Shown here in pieces: positions 41,244 through 52,800 of a stretch of 64,000 nucleotides of DNA (position 1 is the stretch's first letter; each line of letters starts with the position of its first letter). The notes under the pieces are model-generated. The model was not told the DNA's origin and ran no database searches. It saw only the letters and a program-made list of their open reading frames with translations. Source of the stretch: Seison nebaliae (lineage: Eukaryota). Location of the stretch: NCBI GenBank assembly GCA_023231475.1, contig JALJEE010001605.1, forward strand, positions 1 to 64,000. Direction: 5' to 3'. A program made the translations under genes and the position numbers.

Positions 41244-41834
41244 TTCTTTTTCTTAAATTTTATTTCAAAGAAATATCTAAATGTTCATATGGGAAGATGT
41301 TTGTTAGAAAAAGGAAAAGTTCAACCAAATACAAATTAATGATGTAAATTTATGAATTATTTCTCTATCTTTCAACATTCTCAATTTCGTCCTTCCATCT
41401 TACCACACGTGGGATAATTAAATTATTATTTTTGAAAAATATTTCCAATTCGAATCTCATTCCTAATAATGTCCATTCAAATATTTAGTTTTATTCCACT
41501 GTTCTGAATGTCCACTCCATTTTCTAATTAAACAACAAATAATTGTAATTATTAATACCACAATCTTAACCGAATTGACGTCATAATGTTCTAAACTTGA
41601 CTCAAATAGTCTTTCCGATTGGAAGAGTTCTCTATAAAATTTTTGGAATAAATTTTATTAGAAAAATTTTTAGCTTGTTCTCTTTGAAATAATATTTTGG
41701 AATTGCATTTATTTCCAGATTTTCATTTTCATGGAATTCCTCTAATGAATTGATGATTCCGATTATCGACATTTTATTAAGTTTATGAGAGTTTTCGATT
41801 GGCGACAGATTAGTAAAGAGAGAAGAAACAGAAT
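41244..41834. promoter_or_regulatory. Putative bidirectional promoter between IPO7 and LCMT1, containing an E-box and a CRE
   Basis: Head-to-head genes about 590 bp apart; CACGTG at 41406-41411 and TGACGTCA at 41576-41583. Confidence 0.45.
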
Positions 41835-42836
41835 ATGATGTCACATCTAATGGAGACAGGGAGAAGAAAAGATGATAAATTGACGGTAGCTGATACGAAT
41901 TGGAACGCAGTTCTCGGTAAATTGTCGGCGATAAAGAATGGTTATTATACAGATCATTTTTTGAAATTGCTTATTAACCAAAATGAGTGTGAGAAAATCG
42001 AGAAAAGTTCGATTTTACCCGAAATGAATCATGGATATTATATCCGAACGATTATTATAAGGAAGTTTATCGAGGAATTTTTAAAGAAACAGAAATTATT
42101 GAAAATAGATGAAACTGAATATTATGGAGGACAAATAGTAAATTTAGGTTGTGGTAGTGACAGTATTTATTGGAATTTGATGGAGAAAGAAATTTGTCCG
42201 ATACATTTCATCGATATCGATCAGAGATCAATTGTCCGATCGAAGGAACGACAAATCGTCAAAGAAAATTTAACAAAATATTTCATAGATGGAAAATTTT
42301 CATTGAGTCGTCAATCTCCATTCCGTTGTGGTATAAATTCGAAAAATTATTCATTAATTCCCATCGATCTCGTCGATAATGTGGAAATGGTAAAGACGAT
42401 TTTAGAGAAGGAATTGGATAGAAATCTTCCAACTCTTTTCATTAGCGAATGTTTCTTCACTTATTTAGAGAATGATAATATTATCCAATTACATAACATT
42501 TTCCAACAATGTCTCACGAATATTTCTTATCTGATTTATGATATCTTCAATTTGGATAATAAATTTGGAGAGAATATGTTGAAGAATTTGAAGATGAATA
42601 ATCATTTGATTTTCTCGAGTGAAAAACAATCGATATTGAAAGGAGATGAAATATTTGTAAGAAATTATTTAAAGAAAATTTTGGGAAAGGAAAACATTTA
42701 TTTCAATAATATGAAGAAAGAATTCGTAGATATCGGTCAAATGGAAATCGAACGATTAAGACGACTCCAACAATTCGACGAACAAGAATTGTTATTCGAA
42801 TTATTAACACATTATTATATCGCTCATATTTATTAA
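41835..42836 (+). CDS. LCMT1: Leucine carboxyl methyltransferase (LCMT1/PPM1 family), intronless
   Basis: TNWNA..KLSA..GY, PEMNHGYYIR, SAM-binding QIVNLGCGSD, LPTLFISEC and FDEQE...HY motifs. Confidence 0.88.
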   Translation: MMSHLMETGRRKDDKLTVADTNWNAVLGKLSAIKNGYYTDHFLKLLINQNECEKIEKSSILPEMNHGYYIRTIIIRKFIEEFLKKQKLLKIDETEYYGGQIVNLGCGSDSIYWNLMEKEICPIHFIDIDQRSIVRSKERQIVKENLTKYFIDGKFSLSRQSPFRCGINSKNYSLIPIDLVDNVEMVKTILEKELDRNLPTLFISECFFTYLENDNIIQLHNIFQQCLTNISYLIYDIFNLDNKFGENMLKNLKMNNHLIFSSEKQSILKGDEIFVRNYLKKILGKENIYFNNMKKEFVDIGQMEIERLRRLQQFDEQELLFELLTHYYIAHIY

Positions 42837-43006
42837 ATTTCTTTTTCAAAAAATTTTAATTTAATTAAAATTTACTTTATATATTTTATGACATGATCGA
42901 CGACAGTTTCCATTATTTATTTATACCAATAGAAAATTTATTTTCTTCAAATGCAATCTTCTCTTCAGAAACCTTCCTTTTTCTTTTAGACCTTATTTTT
43001 TAGAAA

Positions 43007-44740
43007 ATGAATATTCAAAATTCCATTAAATTAGCAGGAACTGTTCGACATGCTAAATTGCCGAAAATTTCAAAAGATTTATTGAAGAACGATGAGAGGA
43101 AAAACAAATTCGAATTGGAATTGGACGAGAAGAAAGAAAAAGAATTTCAATTGATCGAAGAGAAATATCTTATAGAGAAATCTCATCCGTTGGAAAAGAG
43201 AAAAACTTTTCCTCAACAACTTATGGAACGATATTCCATGGAATCGTTAGTAGAAGATCACAAGAATCGAAGAAATCCCAAATATGGTGGAGAAGTTCCC
43301 GAATTGAAACGACAACGATTCTGGTCTCAACCGTTCAATGTTGATCATTTCAAATCGAAATTTCGAATTCATATCAAAGAAGGAATTGTCAAATCGAACA
43401 AAAATATTCAAAGTCTTCTTCCAGAAGTTCATGGTGAAGTGAAAGCTGCTTATCTTTTATTGAGATTGGGAGCACGAATCAAGACTGGTGGAGTGATAGG
43501 AGAACATTGTAAATCATTGGAATCACATCAACAATGGCCGATATCGATTAAAATAATGAATTGGACGAAATTATATCATAAATTTTTTAAATTTTTCCGA
43601 TATGATTTGGAGAATGAAAAGAATGAAAAGAAGGAAAAAAATGATGATGATGATGATGAATGGATTGATGAGGAACATAAATTACCGAAAACTAGTGTAA
43701 CATCTGAAGAATTCTATATTACTGATATCGAATTAAATGGTTCCGTTATTACGGTTGATTCCATCTCAATTTTTGGTTTATATTTCACTTCCAATAATTT
43801 ACGTCTATCCAAAATAACATTTCACTAAAGATCTTTTCGAATCGTTAAAAAGTTTGACAATTGTCGGTTGTCCTTATGTGACGAACACTTTCCTTCATCG
43901 ATTATCGATGATGTTGAAGGATAAATCAGTCGAATATCTTCAAATCTCCAAATGTGAAAATGTGACAAATAATGGAATGGAATATTTGACTGAGATTAAG
44001 TTATGTTTTTACAACGAATCCTTTTCTGATAACCCTAAAAAAACAGGTCATTAAAGGAGTTGGAATTGTCGAAACAATATCCATTTTGTAAACGAGTCTA
44101 TCCAACTAAACCATATTATTATAGTGATGATTATATGATTAATGAGAATTTCACTAATCTTTCAGCAATTGTTGATAGACAACAATTATTACGATATCGT
44201 AATTGGTATTTGTGGAAATTGGAGGAGAAATTATTACCTCAATTATTGTTGATGAGAATGGAAGAAGAAATGGATGGTTGTTTCATTAACGTTCATGCTC
44301 AAATGGATATTGGACAAAATGAACATTTACAAAAATTATTATCTTTATTTCAAGAATTGAATTATTATCAAATTCCTGAAGTATTCCATATGGACGAGGA
44401 GGAGAATAATAATGATGAAATTTCTCCGATAAATTTCATAAAAAATTTAACTAGTCAAATCGATGAATTAGTCAATTTCAATGAACCGATCGAACAGAAA
44501 TCGGTTAAATATGGCGAATGGAAATCGTGGAAAGAGACAGATGGAACATACGACGAACAAACTCCAATCCATTCGGAGGTACCCGAATCTTATCAAGGAC
44601 AATTATTAACATTGAACTCGACTGATACTAATCAATCCAGTAATGAAATGATCGAATTTTTCAAAGAATATAATCGAATCAAACATCACAACATCTCGAT
44701 GGTGAATAAACGATTGACAGAAAGACTCAACGTCAATTGA
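43007..44740 (+). CDS. Leucine-rich-repeat-like protein resembling the DMAC2/ATP5SL or ATP5S family
   Basis: HGEVKAAYLLLRLGARIK, then ITDIELNGSVIT, LKSLTIVGCPYVTN, LQISKCENVTNNG and LKELEL repeats after removing introns 43776-43830 and 44000-44046. The family call is from memory of the motif layout; the 5' end is uncertain. Confidence 0.55.
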
Positions 44741-44908
44741 TGATTGGTGAAGAAGACTGATTTTTTTTTAATATAGAGGAATTAAAAATTTCCAGAATTA
44801 TCTTTTTTTTTTATTATAAAAATGTTTATTCAATTTTTTTTTTTTGTTAATTAAAGGAAAACTAAATGAAATAGAAAATGTTCTTTTATTCGAGTTGATT
44901 TATTAACG

Positions 44909-47900
44909 TTAGATATCCATTACTTTGCATAAATGTCGTAATTGGACAAAAGTGGAATCGCCTCGAATTGATACAAGACCATTTCTTGTTTGTAATGTTT
45001 GCAATTGACCGATATCGTCATGATAACGACTTGTGGAATCGATAATCTTCACCTTGAATAATTTGATGAAAAAAATATGAAATTTAATGAAATTATCAAA
45101 AGATAATTAACTCTATCATTGACTTCAGGTGGATGTGGTATTAATGCACCGATCGGTACGGTAACTACTCGATTCAATGCGAATAATTCGAGTGAACATG
45201 TCGGTCCCTAGAGAGAGAGAGAGAGTAAAATGAAAAAAAATTTAAATATTTATAATAAAAATTATAATAATATTTAAAAACATGAATTCCAGTTACAACA
45301 CCAGTTTTGAATCGAAGTTCTGCATCAACCACATCATTTTCTCCAATGTCGACGACTAAACCTCGAGATACCCAATCATTCCTTGTTGAATTAGTCGCTA
45401 CAAATTAAATAATATTTAAATAATTTAATTGATTTAGAAAAGAAAAAATCTCCTAACCGAAAATTGGAGTCTGAGGAGTATAAGCACTGTTTGATGGACA
45501 AACAGATGGTTGTTGAGTAATGTCATGTGAACTCATATCGTCAGTTGACAAAATACTTCGAGGATTGGAAGGTGAATTATCTTGAGCATAATCAGTCGAT
45601 TCTTCATAATAATCATCTTCAGTAGTGGGATAATTGGGCGTTTTACAAATCATGGGAACAGCTGGTGTACGACAATGCTCATTCCAACTGATATCATCCG
45701 AATCCGGAATAGAAGTAGGTGCAGGTGAAGTGGCACTCGAATTGGACATTGTATCATTAATGACAATTGATTTCTTTGTAATTGGTTGAGAGGAGTCGTG
45801 AGAATTTTGTGCAGTATAATCAGCGAGTGAAACGAATGTTCCATTTTCATGTTCCACTTTCACTTTCTCCACCTCAATCGAAATAGTTGAACATGTTGAA
45901 TGTAATTCCAATTTGACTAATGTCTCTGTTATATCTTTCAGAATTCCCGTATAAGATTTATAAGTTCCACGAATAATTTTTGCTGTTCTACCCAAAAGTG
46001 GATTATTTCTTGGATTAAATCGATTCTTTCTTCCTTGTTGATTATTATTATTATTATTATTATTATTATTTCTTCTTTGATAATTTGAACGATTATTATT
46101 ATTATTATTATTATTAAAACTATTATTATTATTATTACTGTTATTATTATGTGGATTAGGTGATTGTTGACCAATAGCTGGTGATGAACTTCCAGATAAT
46201 GACCAACCATCAGAATTATCTTCATGAATTTGTGGCGATTGCATTAATGAGGGTGATGCCATTCCAAAATTTGTTGTACTATTAAAATTCGAATTATCAT
46301 TTGATGAAGAATATTTATATGAGAAATTGCTGTTATTGTTGTTATTCATTCCAACAGTTGCTCCCATCAATTCCAACATATTCGCTCGACAAACGAACAT
46401 TCCTCCATTGATGGCGATGGTTTTCGTGGAGAGGAAAACATATTTACTTACAATACATTTGACTGTTGCAATTTGTTCTCGAAATTTCCCTTCCACCACT
46501 TTTACTCGATCACCAATCGATATACTCATTTTCTTACAATCCGTCGCTGTTATATATTTATTGATTTTCTTCTTTTTTACTGATATCTTCTGAACACGTC
46601 GAACATGTCCATATTGGTTCAATATTGTAAAATGATCATTCTCTAAACGAATAATTATTCCACAATTCTCTTTATCTATCTCAACAATATCACCATAAGA
46701 GAATTGTCCTGATGAATCGACACCACTTGCTTTCTCATCACATCGTTCAACATCACGTAACAATACGATAATTTCATCTTTACTAATATCTGAATATAAT
46801 ACAACTTCATTACCATCAACTACTGATACTAGACCGGTATCTCCTTTATATTTCCCATTCGTCACTTTGACATGATCTCCTCGATTTATGAATTTCCTCA
46901 ATTCGTGAGGTGGAAAATCGATAGGTTCTGTCAAGTCATTATGAATCGGTTTAATTTGAACACTATCTTTATTAATCGACAATACACGTCCTGTCAAATT
47001 TTTCAAACTCGACGTCAATACTATCACTACATCACCAATGGCGAAATTTGTTTTCTCCGAATTCTTCCTCAAATTCTCCACCGCCTGTTCATCATCTAAT
47101 GCTTGACTTAGACTTTCTCCGAAATTCTCTAATTCTTTCGGTGTTGGAGTGACACCTTGTGTAACGATGATATGTGCACGAAATCGTCGATGAAGGAAAC
47201 CTTTCATATCGAAATTCATACCGTTACAACTATATCCATTATTCGTCTCTTTCACTGTCATTCCATTTTGACGAGCAATATTCATGTCGAACTTTTTAGC
47301 AGATGGACGAGCAACTCGTCTCTTTCGATTAGGAATACCATCTAATTTATTCGTTTTCTTTTTTGTATATTCAAATCGTGGAATCAATTTCAATATGACA
47401 ACATTCTCCGTCTGATCATATGACATCACTTTCGCTAAATCATCTTTATACATCGAACTCTTTAATCGAACCCAAGCATTTTTTCTTATCTCTCCAACCA
47501 CGTCAACTATCTTCATAATATCGATCATCTCTTTCGCTGTCACCATCGACGGTTGTTTATATTTCGCTGCACTTAAACTATTCACATTTTCTATCGCTTG
47601 ATTCACATGTGGTAATTTGAATGCTTCAATATAAATTCTTCCTTTCACATTCGGTTTAGCGATAACTGATTTTATTAATAATTTCTCTCCCGTCGTTTTC
47701 GACAATGTCATGAATTTCTGCATCAATCTCAACACCGTTTCATTCTCACGACCAATTCGACATTGGACAATCCAAATTTTCTCTTTCATCGTTTCATTGG
47801 GCAAATATGAGACTGGATCGATTGATGAATCATTCACTTCTCGAAATACATCAGTTCCCATTGGCGTTTGTGCGTTATATCGATCAGCAAAATATTCATT

Positions 47901-48200
47901 AATTTCATCCCCATGAAGATCTTGTGGAATGATTTGTTGAGCATCATGTTCTCTTGGTTTCAATGTATAATTCTGCTTAGGTAATTCATCTGTTTCTTCG
48001 TCATCGATTTCTTGTGGCTCATCATCTGATACGGCCTCATCATCAAAGAATGCAAGAGTACCAGATGCTTTCCCTTTTGCATTGTAACTCTCATCATATT
48101 CATCATCACTATTCTCAGTCTCTTCCAGAAAATCTCCATCATCATCCATCGACGGATCTTTGATATTATAATAACTGTCAACTGCATGTCGTTTCGGCAT
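44909..48200 (-). CDS. SUPT5H: Transcription elongation factor SPT5
   Basis: Acidic N-terminus, NGN domain (IWIVQCRIGRE, KGRIYIEA) and multiple KOW domains. C-terminal KOW exons are recovered via introns 45457-45398, 45281-45208 and 45111-45053. ATG 48200; stop 44911-44909. Confidence 0.95.
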
Positions 48201-48616
48201 CTTCCCCAACTATATAGTCGATTTCTTCAAATTTTCTATGAATTTCTTATAATTTTCACGAATCAAATACGAATAGTTATTTGAGAAAACAAATATAAAA
48301 GCTTATAATTTGAATTATTCAACAATATTTTACATTAAAACCAATTACTTTTTAACCATTTCAAAATTTTAAAAATTCTCTTTTTCAATTTCCTTTCCTC
48401 TCCATTTCAAATTATATACCCACTAACTCTATCAAAACAACAACAAAAATATCAAAACTTTAATTTTCGTATGATCAGCAATTTTTGGAAGAAGTATAAC
48501 ACAGTCATCATCTTCCCATTATCTGTTTTCATCATCATTGGAATCGATTACCGTCGATCATTGAAATACAAAGAAGAGCAACTCAAGAAAAAAAAGTTAA
48601 TTTTACTTAATTAACA

Positions 48617-48854
48617 ATGGATCCAGTTGTCCGAGTTCCGGTTAGTAATTTAAATTGTTTTTAATTTTTTTTATACTTCCTATTAATAGTTCAGTTATCG
48701 TTTGAAATATTGGAGGAATCATTGGTTTGCACCTGTGGCTGTTGTAGCAATCGGTTCGTACATATATTACTGTGGAAAGAATGAGTTGCTACATTATAAT
48801 CGGTACAAAAATAAAAGTCATTTATATGGCGGTCATAAAGAGCCCGTGTATTGA
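48617..48854 (+). CDS. NDUFB1: NADH dehydrogenase (complex I) subunit NDUFB1/MNLL-like, 62 aa
   Basis: Exons 48617-48640 and 48690-48854 give MDPVVRVPFSYRLKYWRNHWFAPVAVVAIGSYIYYCGKNELLHYNRYKNKSHLYGGHKEPVY. The RxHW, TM segment and F/YxNKSxL pattern matches NDUFB1. Not in the ORF track. Confidence 0.75.
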
Positions 48855-49820
48855 GATGTTTCTTTTTCAATTAATTTCTTTTTAGAAAATTTTTAATGAA
48901 AGTCTCTTTCTTTTTTTTTTTGGTTCAGAGATCCATAATAGAATGACTCATATTTGCAATTAAATAACACAACAAATTTATTTGGAAGAGAATTTTTTTT
49001 TTGTTATTTTGTTCCAAATTCGAAATAACATTTTTGTCATTTATTCTCGTGCAATGTAGAAGAATGGTAGAAGGAGAGAGAAGAAATGTTTATTCAATTT
49101 CCTTGTTCGTGTAGCTAAAGGGATTTAGGCTAAGAATTTAATAAAGTTTTCTGTTTTTTTCGACTAGTCTTTCCCCGTCGCATATTCGATTTGTTACTCG
49201 TGTTGGTATTGCATGATTGTAGTATCGATGAAAGCATCTATGTATATGTCAGGAGGGGAATTGCATATGGAATGGAGAGCAAGGTTCACATGAGGCAGTT
49301 AAGCTTAAGTCGAATGTCGACTGCAAGTATATAAACTCAATAAAACGTACGTTGGCCATGCATTCTACATATAAAAAAAAGATTAGAATTTGGAGTAAAA
49401 AATGCCAATTGAGTGAAATCATTGGAAGAATATATTCTACATATCACGGAAGAGAATATTTCTTATTCAATTCCTTCATTTATCTAATTGTCTAAGTGAC
49501 GACAGTTTGGTTTCCGATAAATTGTGGGATATTATTATTTTGTTGTTGTAGCAGAATAATAATAATCTCTTATATCTCATTCACAAATCGAACGAGTTAA
49601 TTCTTTTAATAAATTCATTTATAACTAATTCTTTTTTTCTTTAAAATAAATCTGTTAATTTATTTGTCACATCACTACACGTGTATAAATTATTGCCGGT
49701 TTGGAAAATTGTTTATTCTCATGGACGACAATAATGATAACAATTTATTCTATAAAAAAATAACGAAAATAAAAATTTTATTCGTTCAACAAACAGTCTA
49801 ACCAATTTCAGTAGGACCAT

Positions 49821-52800
49821 ATGACATTTCGTAAGACTGATGCTCAGATCAAGAGGAAGAGAGATATTAATAATATGAATAAGAACAACTACAACAACAA
49901 CAATGTTCATTATTTTGATGGAAATAATAATAATAATAATAATAATATGATAAATTCGGAATATTCGGTGATGAATAATCGAACTTCGAATAATCTTCTT
50001 CCGAAAGTGGATAGAACAAATGAGAATTTAATCGCTCCTTTCCCAACTACTGATCAGCGGATGAGCGGACATATTGCATTATCAAATCGAGAATTACAAC
50101 CGACAGATACTTTATTCTCTTATAATCGACGTCAATCAAATATGTTGCCTGGAAAACAATATTCCAATCCTCCTGCTACATCTATTCATCGATCTGCCAC
50201 AGCAACTAATTTGGTTGATTATAAATCAGAAAATATCATCAACAACAACAACAACAATCATCATCATCATTATAATCAGAATCAGAATTATGGATATTAT
50301 GTTAATTATGAAGGAGATAATAATGATATCAATCGGAACATTTATCATAATAATTCGAAGACACATTTAACGATTCCTTCAAATAATGGAAATTTTATGA
50401 TTAATCGTCGTCATGGTTCAACGTCATCAACCAAATCATTACGTATGACGCCAACGCAAAACTCTTATGATTATGAAAAGAAGCCAATTTTGGGTAATGA
50501 GAATAAAATGGCAAATTTTCCATATCATCAATCTCATTCGCATAAAGAAGAATTTGTCAATAAGAAACCGTTGGCGAGAGTCACATCCGAACGTTTCCAA
50601 ATGAGAAAATACGATAATTTTAAAACAACTTTTTTCGATCAATTAGTTGGACCAACGTCAGATCGACCGAAATATATTAATGCCGTATCAAATAAGAAAT
50701 ATGATGATACAGTATCATCATCGAATTTGTATCCGGATTATAATGGGAGAGAGCGGAAATCAAATGTGAAAATCGAACAGACTATTTATGAGACGAATGG
50801 AAACTATTTTTCTAATAAGTTTCCATATGACAATAATCAATCATTGTTTATGGACGAATATAATCAATCATATAAAACTGAAAATAATAATATGATGATA
50901 ACTTCAACAACAATCTCACCAGATTATGGTCATCGGAATTATTCGAATGGAACATATCGATATGGGAAACCGATAAGACAACCATATAACGGTTTCATGC
51001 CCATATCTGACGATACATTAGATGGAAATAGACATTTATTCAATCACTATTTGGACGAGAGAGATATGGAAGACAATGAGATGAATGATGATGATGTGGA
51101 GACATATGCTGAATATAAACCAAATCTTCCAAACATTAAACATCATGGGAAAGTGCATCCGGATTCGATTGTTGAATCAGCCAGTATGAATTCCATTCAA
51201 ATATCAGTAAGAAATTTGAAAAAATTGAGATTGCCCGAAACTCTCATATCAAAATGTTGTCTTTCACTCGTTCAATACGAGACGATACTTTTCGCTTGTA
51301 ATAAACATCAGGAATTCCAAACGAATGGATGTCGATTCGGATTCTTTATTGGTGACGGTGCTGGTGTGGGAAAAGGGAGAACGATTGCTGGAATAATTTT
51401 AGAGAATTATATGTCTGGAAGAAAGAAAGCGATTTGGTTCAGTGTTTCTAACGATTTGAAATTTGATGCGAGACGTGATTTGAATGATGTTGGTGCTGAC
51501 TTTGTGAAAATTCACGCATTAAATCGATTCAATTATTCTTCTCTCAAATCACAAGGTGTTGAAGATGGTGTTATATTTGCTACATATAATGCATTAATTG
51601 GTGAGTCGATGGGAAGTGAAGGGAAAACGAAGAAGAGAAATCAAAGTTCTCGTATGAAACAATTATTGAATTGGTTAGAAAGTGATTTCGAAGGATGTAT
51701 CGTATTTGATGAATGTCATCGAGCAAAAAATCTGAATTTAGTTCATGGAAAATCGACGAAAACAGCACAAGCTGTTGCCACTTTACAAGATTGTATAAAG
51801 AAAGCGAGAATAGTTTATGCGAGTGCTACTGGTGCATCAGAACCACGTCATCTCTCTTATATGAGTCGATTGTCAATTTGGGGAGATGTGAATTCTGGTT
51901 CACCATTTCGATCAACAACTGATTTCATTCAAACGATGGATAAACGAGGAATGATTGGAATGGAAATGTTAGCGATGGATTTGAAAATGCGAGGTGTTTA
52001 TATCGCTCGACAACTCAGTTTTACCGGTGTCCAATTTTTTATTGATGAAATTTCTTTAGGGAATGAATTTACTGAATTGTATGATCTTTCTGTGAAGTTT
52101 TGGATAGATCTTCGCGAATGTTATGAGAAGTTGAAGGAGATCGATACGAAAGATAAAACAAAGACTTGTTGGAGTCGTTTCTGGTCGGCACATCAACGAT
52201 TTTTCAAATATCTTTGTATTGGAGCGAAAATTTCTCATGTCGTCAAATTAGCTCGTCAATCGATTCAACGTGGTTATTCGGTGGTAATTGGATTACAATC
52301 GACTGGAGAAGCGAGATTGACGGATCATTTAGAAGAGAATCCCAATGATGAATCGAATGAATTAGTCTCAACAAGTCGAGGAGTTCTCTTTCAATTATTA
52401 GAAAGTAGTTTTCCCATGTTAGAAGATTTACGAGTAAGTAAAAGTCAAAGTAGAAGAAATAAAAAGATTAATGATGAAGAATTAGAAGATGAGATTGATG
52501 AAGAAGATGAAGAAGATGAAGAGGATGAAGAAGATGAAGATGGTGATGATCCAGGTTTAGTATTACTTGATATGATGGGAGAAGAATGGTTAGGTGGTGA
52601 GAGAAAGAAAGGAAGAAAACGAAAGAAATCGAGTGAAATGGAAGATATTGCATTGATCAATTATGATAATGAAGATTTGATAGATGGAGATGAAGATCAA
52701 GAAGAAGATGTAGAAGAGGAGAATGAGAAGAAAGAAGAGAATAATTTGAATGACAATAAAAAAAAGAAAGCCGTACGTAGAAAAAAGCCAAGAGTTTCTG

